Shown here piece after piece: positions 1 through 9,987 of a stretch of DNA of 64,000 bases. Both the position numbers and the translations under genes were made by a program. Each line of letters starts with the position of its first letter. Within the stretch, counting starts at the first letter, position 1. The notes under the pieces are model-generated. The model was given only the letters and a program-made list of their open reading frames with translations, searched no databases and had not been told where the DNA came from. This stretch comes from Arenicellales bacterium (GTDB taxonomy: Bacteria > Pseudomonadota > Gammaproteobacteria > Arenicellales > JAJDZL01). The stretch spans positions 1,152,968-1,216,967 of the forward strand of contig CBDAUN010000003.1 in NCBI GenBank assembly GCA_965200645.1. The letters run 5' to 3'.

Positions 1-1
1 G

Positions 2-634
2 TGGAGTTTGAGCGAGGAAACTCTGCAAAAATATATTCAAATTTCTGGAATCAGCAATTGGTACCAGGCGATTGCTGAAAATCAATCGGTAATCATCATC
101 ACACCGCACATGACTGCTACGGATATGGCCGGTACCTTACTGTCCAGCCGCTCACCTATGTGCGCAATGATGAAAAACATGAAAAACCCCTTGCTCAATC
201 ACTATGTCGTTAAGGGTCGTTCCAGATTTGGCTTGAAGTTGTTTAACCGAGAGCAAGGAATCCGCAAACTCGTCAGGTGCCTGAATAAAAAAATTACTTG
301 TTTATATATCCCAGATCAGGACTTTGGAGAAAATGCTTCAATGTTTGTACCATTTTTTGGCACTCCTGCTGCAACACTGACTACACTCGGTCGAATTTCT
401 CGCATGACTAATGCGGTAGTTCTACCGCTATTTGCTCATCTGGATTCTGAAACCGGCGTCTATCACGTCACCATTAACAAGCCACTGGTGAATTTTCCCA
501 CAAATAATGCATATACCGATGCAAGAACAATGAATGCAGTTTTTGAGAATGTAATTCTCAAGGCTCCAGAACAATACATGTGGACTCTACGCTGGTTCAA
601 GACGCGCCCAAACAATGAGCCGGTACCGTACTGA
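2..634 (+). CDS. Lipid A late acyltransferase, LpxL/HtrB family (5' end lies outside the window)
   Basis: The frame is open from the window edge; the track ORF 8..634 begins at an internal TTG. It has an HX4D catalytic motif (PHMTATD), YIPDQDFG...FVPFFG, and the family-typical C-terminus EQYMWTLRWFKTRP. Confidence 0.8.
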   Translation, partial: WSLSEETLQKYIQISGISNWYQAIAENQSVIIITPHMTATDMAGTLLSSRSPMCAMMKNMKNPLLNHYVVKGRSRFGLKLFNREQGIRKLVRCLNKKITCLYIPDQDFGENASMFVPFFGTPAATLTTLGRISRMTNAVVLPLFAHLDSETGVYHVTINKPLVNFPTNNAYTDARTMNAVFENVILKAPEQYMWTLRWFKTRPNNEPVPY

Positions 635-1583
635 ACCTAACCTGGTTCAACTCGCTGGGGGAATTTTAGGCACATTAATCTGGCGTTTTGCCAGCACCCT
701 CCCGGCTCGCTTTAGGTGGACCCTTGGTCGAACGCTGGGATTTGTCATTTATCTGTTCGCTAAAAGCCGACGAAAGGTAGTGCGTCGCAACCTGGAACTT
801 TGCTTTCCCAACCAATCCCAACAGTATCGCGATAGTTTAGCGGTCGAGTGCTTTCGTCAAGCCGGTTGTGGGATCCTTAGTTGGGGCTTTGGACTGTTTG
901 CCAATCCCGAAAAAATTCACCAACAAGTTCAGTGGACTGGCAGAGAAACACTGGATGAACTTATTTCCAATAAAGTCTCTGTCATCGTGCTGTGTCCGCA
1001 TTTTGTGTCGGCCATGGTCGCTCTGCGTGCTTTGGTTGAATTCACGCCTGCAGTAGCCATGTATGACGCGCCTATGAATCCGGTATTCAATCTTGGATAC
1101 AAAATCGCTATGGAAGGGTACCAAAGTAAATTCAAATCACTAAATTGGCTATACCGGCATCAAGCTGCCAATCCTGTAACGATGCTTCATTTCCGGCATA
1201 ATCCACGACCCATACTAAAGGCGTTGGACCAGGCTATACCCTTTTTTTATCTTCCTGATCAAAATGCGAAGATTAAGGCACAACAAGTCTTTGCACCGTT
1301 TTTTGGCATTCAAGCAGCGACTTATGGCTCACTCTCGAAGTTAGCAAGATATCGGAACTCTCGTATCGTGATGTGCTGTCCGTTGCTGCTACCAAAACAA
1401 CGCGGTTTCGAGTTGCACATTGCTCTACTCCCGAGTGACTTCCTGACTGGAGATGTGGAACAAGATGCCGCCAAAATGAATGACGCCATTGAACAACTTG
1501 TCAAGGATGTGCCGGAGCAGTATTTTTGGCTTCACCGTCGGTTTAAAATTCGACCAGAAGGCGAACCAGACCTATATGATTGA
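615..1583 (+). CDS. Second LpxL/LpxM-family lipid A acyltransferase paralog
   Basis: 322 aa. It shares YLPDQN...FAPFFG and EQYFWLHRRFKIRP with the upstream paralog and overlaps it by 20 nt. The HX4(D/E) position reads HFVSAM, with no acidic residue. Confidence 0.75.
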   Translation: MSRYRTEPNLVQLAGGILGTLIWRFASTLPARFRWTLGRTLGFVIYLFAKSRRKVVRRNLELCFPNQSQQYRDSLAVECFRQAGCGILSWGFGLFANPEKIHQQVQWTGRETLDELISNKVSVIVLCPHFVSAMVALRALVEFTPAVAMYDAPMNPVFNLGYKIAMEGYQSKFKSLNWLYRHQAANPVTMLHFRHNPRPILKALDQAIPFFYLPDQNAKIKAQQVFAPFFGIQAATYGSLSKLARYRNSRIVMCCPLLLPKQRGFELHIALLPSDFLTGDVEQDAAKMNDAIEQLVKDVPEQYFWLHRRFKIRPEGEPDLYD

Positions 1584-1603
1584 TTATTTTAGGTTAATCA
1601 GTC
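1578..1603. terminator. Hairpin between the convergent stops of the lpx paralog and trkH
   Basis: gattgatta-N8-taatcagtc forms a 9-bp stem (one G-U pair) spanning both stop codons. It is AT-rich with no clean U-tract. Confidence 0.3.
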
Positions 1604-3049
1604 ACGCCAATAATTCGCTGTAAACAGTACAAATAGAGTTACAAACTCCAACCTGCCCAACAACATAGCAAAAGCCAACACCCACTTAGATGGTGCGTTC
1701 AGACCCGCATAATTTGCTGAAGCATCGCCTAATGCAGGACCGAGGTTGTTCAAACAGGCTGTAACAGTGGAGTATGCGGTGACCATGTCGTTGCCAAATG
1801 CCAACAGAGCTAAAGCCAAAAGCACAAAACTTAGGACATATAAAGCAAAAAACCCCCAGATTGCATTGACAACATTGTCGGGGACAACTGCATCATTCAT
1901 ACGGATCGGAAGAATGGCATTAGGGTGAACGAGCCTTACCGTTTCCCGATGTCCCTGCTTAAACAACAATACGACTCGCATCACTTTCAATCCACCGGCA
2001 GTTGACCCGGCGCAACCACCAACGATGCTAAGCAGCAGCAACATGGCGGGCAGAAATAATGGCCAAGCAGAAAACTCGGCCGTTACAAATCCGGAAGTAG
2101 TAGCCGCCGACACGACCTGAAACACTCCGTGCGAAACTGCTTCTTCAGCAGTTGCAAACGTTCCCAAAGCCAGTAGAGCGATGGGGACGAGCAAGGCACA
2201 AATCCCGATAATTGTCAGGTATGTTTTAATTTCGACATCCCGCAGGTAATAGGATAAAGTTTTTCCACGGTACGCCATGAAATGTATTGCAAAATTCATT
2301 CCCGCGATGATCATGAAAATGATCCCGACTAAATTGATCAGTCCACTATCAAAATATTGAAAGCTTGCATCGTGAGTGGAAAATCCACCAATCGCTATTG
2401 TTGAATAGGCATGGGTTATGGCATCAAATAAGCTCATGCCAGCGAAGTAGTAACTCAGTGCACAAAGTACCGTAAGACCAAGATAGATGTACCAAAGTTG
2501 CTTTGCGGTTTCCTTGATTCTAGGCGATAACTTTGCATACTTCATTGGTCCGGGCATCTCGGCTCGAAACAGTTGCATACCACCAATGCCTAGCATCGGC
2601 AGTACAGCTACCGCCAAAACAATAATTCCCATACCACCAAACCATTGCAGTTGCTGCCGATAGTATTTGATGGACATTGGAAGGTCGTCAATTCCAGCTA
2701 GCACGGTCGCTCCGGTCGTAGTCAACCCAGACATAGACTCGAAAAATGCATCAGTCAGAGCGATTCTAGGCTCCGGCGAGAGTAAAAAAGGTAACGACCC
2801 CAGTGTTGCAAAAGTTACCCAGAACCCCACAACAACCAAAAATCCTTCACGCAAACCTAACTGCTTTCTGTTGTGTCGTACTGGCACCCAGAAAACTAGA
2901 GCAACAGTGAGCGTTATTGCTATCGACAGCACGAAGTCTAAAAATTCACCGTCATTTGCAAAGTAGGAAATAGCACCGGGCGGCACCAAAGTAATACTAA
3001 ACAAAGCTGTCAAGATGCCAAGCATCTTGAATACTTGCTGGTAGTGCAT
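1598..3049 (-). CDS. trkH: Trk-type potassium uptake membrane subunit TrkH
   Basis: 483-aa polytopic membrane protein with repeated TrkH pore-loop segments (GLTTTGATV, GGMGIIVLAVAVLP, STIAIGGFST, TSGF). It sits directly downstream of trkA. Confidence 0.9.
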   Translation of the reverse strand: MHYQQVFKMLGILTALFSITLVPPGAISYFANDGEFLDFVLSIAITLTVALVFWVPVRHNRKQLGLREGFLVVVGFWVTFATLGSLPFLLSPEPRIALTDAFFESMSGLTTTGATVLAGIDDLPMSIKYYRQQLQWFGGMGIIVLAVAVLPMLGIGGMQLFRAEMPGPMKYAKLSPRIKETAKQLWYIYLGLTVLCALSYYFAGMSLFDAITHAYSTIAIGGFSTHDASFQYFDSGLINLVGIIFMIIAGMNFAIHFMAYRGKTLSYYLRDVEIKTYLTIIGICALLVPIALLALGTFATAEEAVSHGVFQVVSAATTSGFVTAEFSAWPLFLPAMLLLLSIVGGCAGSTAGGLKVMRVVLLFKQGHRETVRLVHPNAILPIRMNDAVVPDNVVNAIWGFFALYVLSFVLLALALLAFGNDMVTAYSTVTACLNNLGPALGDASANYAGLNAPSKWVLAFAMLLGRLEFVTLFVLFTANYWRD

Positions 3050-3094
3050 GATTTAATTTATAAAAAGATTTGTCGCACCGTTAGACAGATTCGA

Positions 3095-4507
3095 TCACGT
3101 ATAGCTCACGCTGACTGCAAATAGCTTTTCCACTTTAGCAAATTGTTTTCGATCCTTGTCTTTGAGAAACAGTACGAGATGGTCGTCGTGAAGAATTTCA
3201 ATTTTTCCATGTGCGATCAAAACTTCGTCACCGCGTAAAATTGCGCCTACAGTGGTACCGGGTGGTAAATCGATTTCGTCAATTGTCCGGCCAACTACCT
3301 TTGATGTATCTCTCGCAATAGCCTCAATTGCCTCTGCTGTACCACCTCTAAGCGAATGAATGGCTTCCATACGTCCTCGCGCCCGGACATGCTTCAACAG
3401 TTCTCCGATGGTCACCAAATTAGGTGAAACTACAACATCAATATTGTGCTCGGTCATATCAAGTAAATCCACATACGCCGTGTTGTTGATTAACGCTATC
3501 GTACGCTGTGCACCCATACTCTTTGCCATCAGACAGGTTAGAATGTTGGTTTCGTCCGAGGCTGTTACAGCACAAAATGCCTTAGCATGCTCTAGACTCT
3601 CTCTTTCCATCGTCGTCATGTCTGCAGCATCCCCTACATGAACGATACACTTTGAAGCCATCAGTTCTTCAGCAGCACGCTCTGCCCTTTCACTATTAAT
3701 TTCAATCAGATCCACGTGATATCCGCGATTGCACTCAACCAGGTCTTGTGCTAAGCGAACACCGATATTGCCCGCACCAACAAGCACAACTCTTCTAGCT
3801 TGTGACTCATAGACAGGACTTAACTCAGTGATAACATCATTGATATGTTCACGCGCAGCAATGAAGAACACCTCATCATTGTTATGAATGATTGTGTCCC
3901 CTCTCGGTATGATTGACTGATTTCCACGATAGATCGCAGCAACTCGCGTATCCACATTCGGCAAATGCTTCCGCAACTCTCGTATTTCGTGTCCGACTAG
4001 TGCACCGCCGTCATGTGCAATCATCGCCGCTAATTGAATCTTGCCGTCCGCGAACTCGATAAATTGAGTGGCCCACGGATAGTTGATCAATCGAATGATT
4101 TGATCTGTTACTAGTTTTTCCGGGCTAATGATCGTATCGATTGGAATTTTGTTCGGGCCGAAGTATTCCGGATGATTAAGATACTCACGGTTCCTGAGCC
4201 TCGCAATCATTGTGGGTTGGGCCGAATTTTCCAAGTCGTGTATGGTGTGCAGCAGTTGACAAACAGCCAAATTTGTATCATCGCGACTGGTCACTGCCAA
4301 TACCAGTTCTACGTCATTGATTTCGGCAGCTTTTAGCACCGCAGGATTAGATGCGTCACCTTTGAAGAAATTAATGTCAAACCTATCTTTGAGTCGCTCA
4401 ATTCGTTCGTTATCTAGTTCAACCAAAGTCACATCGTTGTCTTCCTGAGACAGTTCTCGGGCAACGTTGAGCCCCACCGTCCCCGCACCTATGATCGCCA
4501 CTCTCAT
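3095..4507 (-). CDS. trkA: Trk system NAD-binding subunit TrkA
   Basis: 470 aa with two Rossmann KTN repeats (MRVAIIGAGTVGLNVA and VVLVGAGNIGVRLA), each followed by a TrkA_C-like segment. It occupies the classical position after rsmB. Confidence 0.9.
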   Translation of the reverse strand: MRVAIIGAGTVGLNVARELSQEDNDVTLVELDNERIERLKDRFDINFFKGDASNPAVLKAAEINDVELVLAVTSRDDTNLAVCQLLHTIHDLENSAQPTMIARLRNREYLNHPEYFGPNKIPIDTIISPEKLVTDQIIRLINYPWATQFIEFADGKIQLAAMIAHDGGALVGHEIRELRKHLPNVDTRVAAIYRGNQSIIPRGDTIIHNNDEVFFIAAREHINDVITELSPVYESQARRVVLVGAGNIGVRLAQDLVECNRGYHVDLIEINSERAERAAEELMASKCIVHVGDAADMTTMERESLEHAKAFCAVTASDETNILTCLMAKSMGAQRTIALINNTAYVDLLDMTEHNIDVVVSPNLVTIGELLKHVRARGRMEAIHSLRGGTAEAIEAIARDTSKVVGRTIDEIDLPPGTTVGAILRGDEVLIAHGKIEILHDDHLVLFLKDKDRKQFAKVEKLFAVSVSYT

Positions 4508-5853
4508 TCGCTTACAACCTCACCGCCACCGGGTGAAATATCAATGTCGTACTTCTTCATTTTGCGGTACAAATTAGTTCTGTCCATACCAGTTCGTTCC
4601 TGCATTTCCTTGTAATTCGAACACTGTCTCAGATTGTGGATCAGATAATCCCGCTCAAATTGCTCGCGTGCTTCACGAATCTGCACATTAAACTGCTGCT
4701 TTTCAATGGCTGAAGTTTCCGGTGGGATAAACTGCGGTGCTCCGACATCAAGTAAGTAAAGTAACAAGTCGGATGCTGAAATTACATCTTCTGTAGAATT
4801 AACCAATACCTGACGAATAACACTCCTCAGTTCCATTACATTACCCATCCAGGTATGGTTTTTCAGACGATTTAATGCTGAAGTTGAAATGCGCTTATAT
4901 GGCAGTTGGTCAACCCGACTAAATTGATCGGTAAAGTACCCCACCAATTCAGGTATATCCTCCGGATGATCGCGCAGCGGCGGTACGACGATCACTAAAT
5001 CGCGAAGCCGATAAAACAAGTCACTTCGAAAATAAGCTCGGTTCACTGCTTCAACAATCCCCGGCGTAGTCGTCACAATCAATCTAGCCGTGATCTTAGC
5101 TTGAGATGACTGGCGCAAACGCTCTGCACGATTCAATAGACTTACCAGTTGTAGCTGAGCTTGACTGTTGAAGCCGTGGATATCGGGAATGAGCACTGTA
5201 CCTTGAGTTCCAAGTGCCGCCATGGTCGCAGCAATTTCATCAATGTCTATGTCGGTGTTGAGGTCAACGATGATAAATTTTTCGGGATCTTTGCCAGCTT
5301 CTTCGTGAATCGTTCTTGCGAAAAATTTTTTTCCGGATCCTGCTTCACCCTGAATCATGATTGTTCCGGTAAGCGTTGCCAAATTCTTCAACTGCTTCAT
5401 AACATTCTTAATCGCATCACTGGAACCAACAATTCTAGATCTAATCGGTTCCTTCACCTGCTGCTGCTCGAATACACTAGTTTGACTGCTTACAGCATTT
5501 CGAATGGCAACCAGCAACCTTCCTAGCGAAATCGGCTTTTCAAGATAATCATAAGCACCGTAGCGCGTTGCCTCAACCGCTGTCTCCACAGTTCCGTGAC
5601 CCGACATCATCACTACCGGCGTATCTAGTCCCGAATCCCGCCACTCTTTCAGCAGGCTTACTCCATCATCGCCTGGCATCCAGATATCCAGCAATATTGC
5701 GTCAAATTCTTGCAGTCGAACAGCGCTTCGCGCCGTATCCGCATCATGTGCTACGGCAACCTGATAGCCTTCGTCCAAAAGAATTTCATTGATCGTCGAA
5801 CGAATATCAGGCTCATCATCAACTATGAGAATGTTCGACTTGCTTGTCTGCAT
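4504..5853 (-). CDS. ntrX: NtrX-like response regulator (REC + degenerate AAA+ + Fis-type HTH)
   Basis: Receiver domain (ILIVDDEPDIR...DAILLDIWMPG), Walker A GEAGSGKK, RSDLFYRL, and a C-terminal HTH (MDRTNLYRKMKKYDI). No GAFTGA loop is present. The ATG at 5853 lies 2 nt after the ntrY stop and is preferred to the track's TTG at 5877. Confidence 0.8.
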   Translation of the reverse strand: MQTSKSNILIVDDEPDIRSTINEILLDEGYQVAVAHDADTARSAVRLQEFDAILLDIWMPGDDGVSLLKEWRDSGLDTPVVMMSGHGTVETAVEATRYGAYDYLEKPISLGRLLVAIRNAVSSQTSVFEQQQVKEPIRSRIVGSSDAIKNVMKQLKNLATLTGTIMIQGEAGSGKKFFARTIHEEAGKDPEKFIIVDLNTDIDIDEIAATMAALGTQGTVLIPDIHGFNSQAQLQLVSLLNRAERLRQSSQAKITARLIVTTTPGIVEAVNRAYFRSDLFYRLRDLVIVVPPLRDHPEDIPELVGYFTDQFSRVDQLPYKRISTSALNRLKNHTWMGNVMELRSVIRQVLVNSTEDVISASDLLLYLLDVGAPQFIPPETSAIEKQQFNVQIREAREQFERDYLIHNLRQCSNYKEMQERTGMDRTNLYRKMKKYDIDISPGGGEVVSE

Positions 5854-5855
5854 AT

Positions 5856-8081
5856 CTATGCTCCTGAGTGTTGCCAACTGGCATTTCCAATTGGCTTCAG
5901 TTCTACTGTCTGTTGCTTACTTGAGTTTGTGATAAATTCGATTACTACTTCTGCACCACCTGCGACAGGATTTCTTGCCACCACTGAACCGCCATGGCTA
6001 GTAATGATGCGATGTACAATTGCCAATCCTAGACCAGTTCCCTTGTCCTTAGTCGTCGCGTAGGGTTCGAATACCTTGTTCAACAGAGACGGTTTGAATC
6101 CATGTCCGTTGTCCCTGATTTTGACTGTAACAACATCATTTGATTCTCTGCGGGTACTGATTGTGATTTTCGCATCCGGCACGTCACGCAGCACAAATCC
6201 AGAATTGATGATGAGGTTGTTAAATACCTGCACCATTCGATTGGGATCGGCAGAAATTTCCCCGACATTGACACCCAAATCTAGTTCTATGAAATATTCC
6301 GATCTCTTTGAAAAGTGAAGTTCTGCTACATCCCTAATCAAGTCGTTTAAGTTAATTGGTTCCAGATTCAAATGAGAAATCTTTGCGTAGTCACGAAATT
6401 CTTCCACAATGTTCTGCATCGATTGCAACTGTCTAAATATGGCCGTGAACGACCGCTCAATCGACGGGCGCAGATCAACCGGAAGTTTATCCAAGGTTTT
6501 CAGGTGAATGTGCTCAACCGACAACTGAATTGGCGTAAGCGGATTACAAATCTCATGTGCGAATCGTTGTGATACTTCGCCCCAGGCAACCACTCTTTGT
6601 GCTCTAACCAATAGGCTGACATCTTCGATTACTACCACATAGCTTCCATACATCTCTTCAGTCACTGGCAATTTCGTCACGCTGCAAATCCACGACAACT
6701 GCCCTTCTTCGGTATTAATTTCTATCGTTCCTTCCCATTCTGTCTTGTCTTCACTTATGCCATTCTCCAGAAATTCACATAACGGAAAGAGTTGAGGTTC
6801 AACTTCTCTTAGATCGGACAAAAACTTCATTTTTATTTGGTCTTGCTGAATTCGCAAAATTTGCCCGGCAGCAAGATTTAAGTCGCTGATGCGGCTTTGT
6901 ACATCGATAAAAATGACGCCGGTTGACAGGTGGGTAAGGACGGTCTCAAGATAGGTGCGATGATCCTCAGCGCGTGCCTGACTTTCCCGAACTTCGGTGT
7001 TGGCGCTCCTGATTTTATTGGTCATATCATTAAACGACTTCACCAAAACACCGATGTCATCCGATGAATCCACCTCAAGTTGCTTGTCGTAGTCACCGCT
7101 GGCAACTGCCTGGGTGCCTTCCGACAATGACTTAATCGGTTTTACCAATCTTTGAGCAAACATGAATGCTATCCAGGTAGATAGCATAAGAAGAATGATC
7201 GCAACAAAAGAGAGAGCCAAAACCAAGTTCAACCTCAAAGAACCAAGTAAATACAAAAACCCCGAATAGTCCTCTTTTGCCGCCGCAATACTGTCGCCGA
7301 GTTCCTGATAGTGTCTCGGCAACGTCGTTAAACTTTGCAGGAAAAAGTGATGCACAGTGCCTTCAATTGGAAACTTCATCAATATTCGCCACTGCACGGC
7401 AGAATCTTCAGAATACGCCAACTGCCAGGCAGGTTGCTCGACCTTAACAATTTGTGCCAACGCTTCATCAATGTGAAACGCATCCAATGTTTTAAGTTGG
7501 ATATCACTGACACCGATCGCGCCTGTGACAGGATTATCATATTCTCGTAAATACACAATTTCAGTCAGATTTAGTGCATCTCGTGCACTTTTCAACAATG
7601 CACTGATCTCGTCGGATTGCTCGATGGTAGCCAGTTGATTACCGATTCCATCCAGAGTATCGACAACGGCATCTCGCCGTGCATCAATTGACACTTGACC
7701 TAGTTGGACTGCATCGGTTAACGCTTCGTTCATGCGCAAGTTGACTGTTGCGTCTACGCTTCTATTGAGAGCGAAATAAGCGAACAAGTAAAACACGCAA
7801 ATTGTAACCAGCATTAACAACACATAGGCCCGAACTAAGCGGACCGTTAGTCTCATTCCCGGTTCCTTATTCTGCAGTCGTCTATACAATCTCAACGAGT
7901 AGATGAACAGGACAACGGCAAGAACCAAGACGCCGCTTAAATTTAAGAAAAAAAGCAGAGGAAGGTGTGGTTCCAGTGCCTGATTTTGTAGAGTTGCCGC
8001 AACCAGACCGAACAATGAAGTGCCGAGCACCAACACCAACAATACTGTTCCAAGTGGATTTTTTATTCCTGTAATATTCAT
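5856..8081 (-). CDS. ntrY: NtrY-like sensor histidine kinase (TM, HAMP, PAS, HisKA, HATPase)
   Basis: 741 aa with N-terminal TM helices, a HAMP segment, and the H-box FAHEICNPLTPIQLSVEHI typical of NtrY. The N/G boxes are RDNGHGF and GTGLGLAIVHRI. It pairs with the downstream NtrX-like regulator. Confidence 0.8.
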   Translation of the reverse strand: MNITGIKNPLGTVLLVLVLGTSLFGLVAATLQNQALEPHLPLLFFLNLSGVLVLAVVLFIYSLRLYRRLQNKEPGMRLTVRLVRAYVLLMLVTICVFYLFAYFALNRSVDATVNLRMNEALTDAVQLGQVSIDARRDAVVDTLDGIGNQLATIEQSDEISALLKSARDALNLTEIVYLREYDNPVTGAIGVSDIQLKTLDAFHIDEALAQIVKVEQPAWQLAYSEDSAVQWRILMKFPIEGTVHHFFLQSLTTLPRHYQELGDSIAAAKEDYSGFLYLLGSLRLNLVLALSFVAIILLMLSTWIAFMFAQRLVKPIKSLSEGTQAVASGDYDKQLEVDSSDDIGVLVKSFNDMTNKIRSANTEVRESQARAEDHRTYLETVLTHLSTGVIFIDVQSRISDLNLAAGQILRIQQDQIKMKFLSDLREVEPQLFPLCEFLENGISEDKTEWEGTIEINTEEGQLSWICSVTKLPVTEEMYGSYVVVIEDVSLLVRAQRVVAWGEVSQRFAHEICNPLTPIQLSVEHIHLKTLDKLPVDLRPSIERSFTAIFRQLQSMQNIVEEFRDYAKISHLNLEPINLNDLIRDVAELHFSKRSEYFIELDLGVNVGEISADPNRMVQVFNNLIINSGFVLRDVPDAKITISTRRESNDVVTVKIRDNGHGFKPSLLNKVFEPYATTKDKGTGLGLAIVHRIITSHGGSVVARNPVAGGAEVVIEFITNSSKQQTVELKPIGNASWQHSGA

Positions 8082-8647
8082 TGAACGTCAAACCTATGCC
8101 AATCCGTTTGCAAATCCCAAGTACCTTGAAAAAAAGCCTTCATGCGCAGTGCTCCAGAAAAATCGGTGCGATCCAACTTCAGTCGAATAGTGCCACGTAA
8201 TTCTTCGCTTGACAACTGTGTTCCACCGGGAAGACTGACCTGATATATTTGCAGGCTTCCCATTTTTTCCAGTGCATCACTTAATCGCTTATGCACACTT
8301 GACTTGGGCGGGTTGCCTGATTGAACTAAATAGGAAATTGGAAATTGTCGATGACTAACCTGACAACCGAAACTTTGCTTTGCAATTCGCTTGTCCCACA
8401 GTGCATTACGCTTATGGTAGACCCTCACTTCTATCTTGAATTTAATGGGTATTCCGGCTTGCAGCGCTTCGATTACCTCCGGTGAAAGTTGAATGCCAAC
8501 TTCCGACTTAATAATCAACTCGTCGTCTCGCAGTTCTGATTCCACATGATCAATGGCAAGACCGAATGACATTACCGGCCACGTAAGCAATCCGGCCAGA
8601 CACAATCCTTTGACTAGATTCGCCTTTGCCGCAAATTCTTCCATCAT
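8078..8647 (-). CDS. DUF4390-like exported protein
   Basis: 189 aa with an N-terminal signal/TM segment. It sits between rsmB and ntrY with ATGA overlaps on both sides, which is where the DUF4390 family occurs in beta- and gammaproteobacteria. Family membership is recalled, not searched. Confidence 0.55.
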   Translation of the reverse strand: MMEEFAAKANLVKGLCLAGLLTWPVMSFGLAIDHVESELRDDELIIKSEVGIQLSPEVIEALQAGIPIKFKIEVRVYHKRNALWDKRIAKQSFGCQVSHRQFPISYLVQSGNPPKSSVHKRLSDALEKMGSLQIYQVSLPGGTQLSSEELRGTIRLKLDRTDFSGALRMKAFFQGTWDLQTDWHRFDVQ

Positions 8648-9978
8648 GAATTTCTCGACCGTTCACCTTCAGTTCGACTCAGACAAGCATAAAAAAATCC
8701 ATCACTATCGTGCTTGCCCTGCAGGCGCTGTACACCTAGGCTAAGTTGTTGTCCATACTGTGACGGCAGTTGATGAACCACACAGTCGTCAACACTATTT
8801 TGAAAGCGATCAATCACCTTTTGATTTTCGCGAGCATTGATTGTGCATGTGGCGTACACCAACATTCCGCCTGGTTTGACAGTCGGCCAAAGTTGTTTCA
8901 TCATTTGCTCCTGTCTGTTGACCATCTGATCAAGGTCCTTCAGTCGCCGATGGTGCTTAATTTCAGGATGTCTGCGTATCACACCTAGTCCGGAACAAGG
9001 TGCATCAACCAACACTCGATCAAATTGATTGCCATCCCACCAGGAATGCGGCTTGGTTGCATCACCACACACCACTGTCGCAGTTTGTCCGGCACGACTT
9101 AAGTTTTCGACAATCTTTTTACAGCGGTCCGAATCGATATCCAATGCAAGGACTTCGACTGTATTGGGCTGTTCTTCCAAAATTTGGAGTGTCTTTCCGC
9201 CGGGTGCTGCGCAGGCATCCAAAACGCGATGGCCCGCATTAACTTTAAGGATTGGTACCGCTAGTTGAGCGGCACTGTCCTGCACCGAGACAAAGCCTTG
9301 ATCAAACCCTGGCAAATCTCCAATGTCAGTTCTGTTCATCAGTCGAATACCTGAGGAAGAAACCGGATCAGCGACTGCATCAATTCCTTGTTTAGCTAGA
9401 AGACCTAGGTACTTCGAAACCGTGCATTTGTTGCGATTGACTCGCAGTACGGTTGTTGGTCGTGCGTTGTTTGCTTCCAGGATCGTACGCCAGTCATGCG
9501 GCCATTCATGGTGAATTAAATCAACCATCCACTCGGGATGTGAAAAGTGCGCAGCATTCGAACAAGCATGCGCCACAAATTTTTCTCGGTCCCTGGTAAA
9601 TTTCCGTAAAGTTGCATTTATGACATTTGCTGCCCAAGATTTTTTCAATCGTGAAGTCGCGGCAACGGTAGAGGATACACAGGCATATTCAGGAATGCGC
9701 ATGAACTCAAGTTGGTATAAACCCAGCAACAACAGGCATAGCAAATCTCTATCCTTGGTACGAAACGGCTTGTCCAACAACTGCATCGAATAATCTGTTA
9801 AGCGCCAATACCAACGAGTGACACCGTTTACCATCTCAGAAACCAGCGCTCGATCATGCCTTGAAATATTTGCTAAACCCTCATGCAATGCATAGTCCAT
9901 TCGACTACCACTGAATATGACTTTGGAAATCGCTCTTGCAGCGGTTGCTCTAGAACTGGCTGCCAAGTCAATACTCAT
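8644..9978 (-). CDS. rsmB: 16S rRNA (cytosine967-C5)-methyltransferase RsmB/Sun
   Basis: N-terminal NusB-like region, SAM motif DACAAPGGKT, catalytic DAPCSGLGVIRRHPE and YATCT. It follows fmt as in the canonical def-fmt-rsmB operon. Confidence 0.9.
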   Translation of the reverse strand: MSIDLAASSRATAARAISKVIFSGSRMDYALHEGLANISRHDRALVSEMVNGVTRWYWRLTDYSMQLLDKPFRTKDRDLLCLLLLGLYQLEFMRIPEYACVSSTVAATSRLKKSWAANVINATLRKFTRDREKFVAHACSNAAHFSHPEWMVDLIHHEWPHDWRTILEANNARPTTVLRVNRNKCTVSKYLGLLAKQGIDAVADPVSSSGIRLMNRTDIGDLPGFDQGFVSVQDSAAQLAVPILKVNAGHRVLDACAAPGGKTLQILEEQPNTVEVLALDIDSDRCKKIVENLSRAGQTATVVCGDATKPHSWWDGNQFDRVLVDAPCSGLGVIRRHPEIKHHRRLKDLDQMVNRQEQMMKQLWPTVKPGGMLVYATCTINARENQKVIDRFQNSVDDCVVHQLPSQYGQQLSLGVQRLQGKHDSDGFFYACLSRTEGERSRNS

Positions 9979-9987
9979 AGTAAAAAA

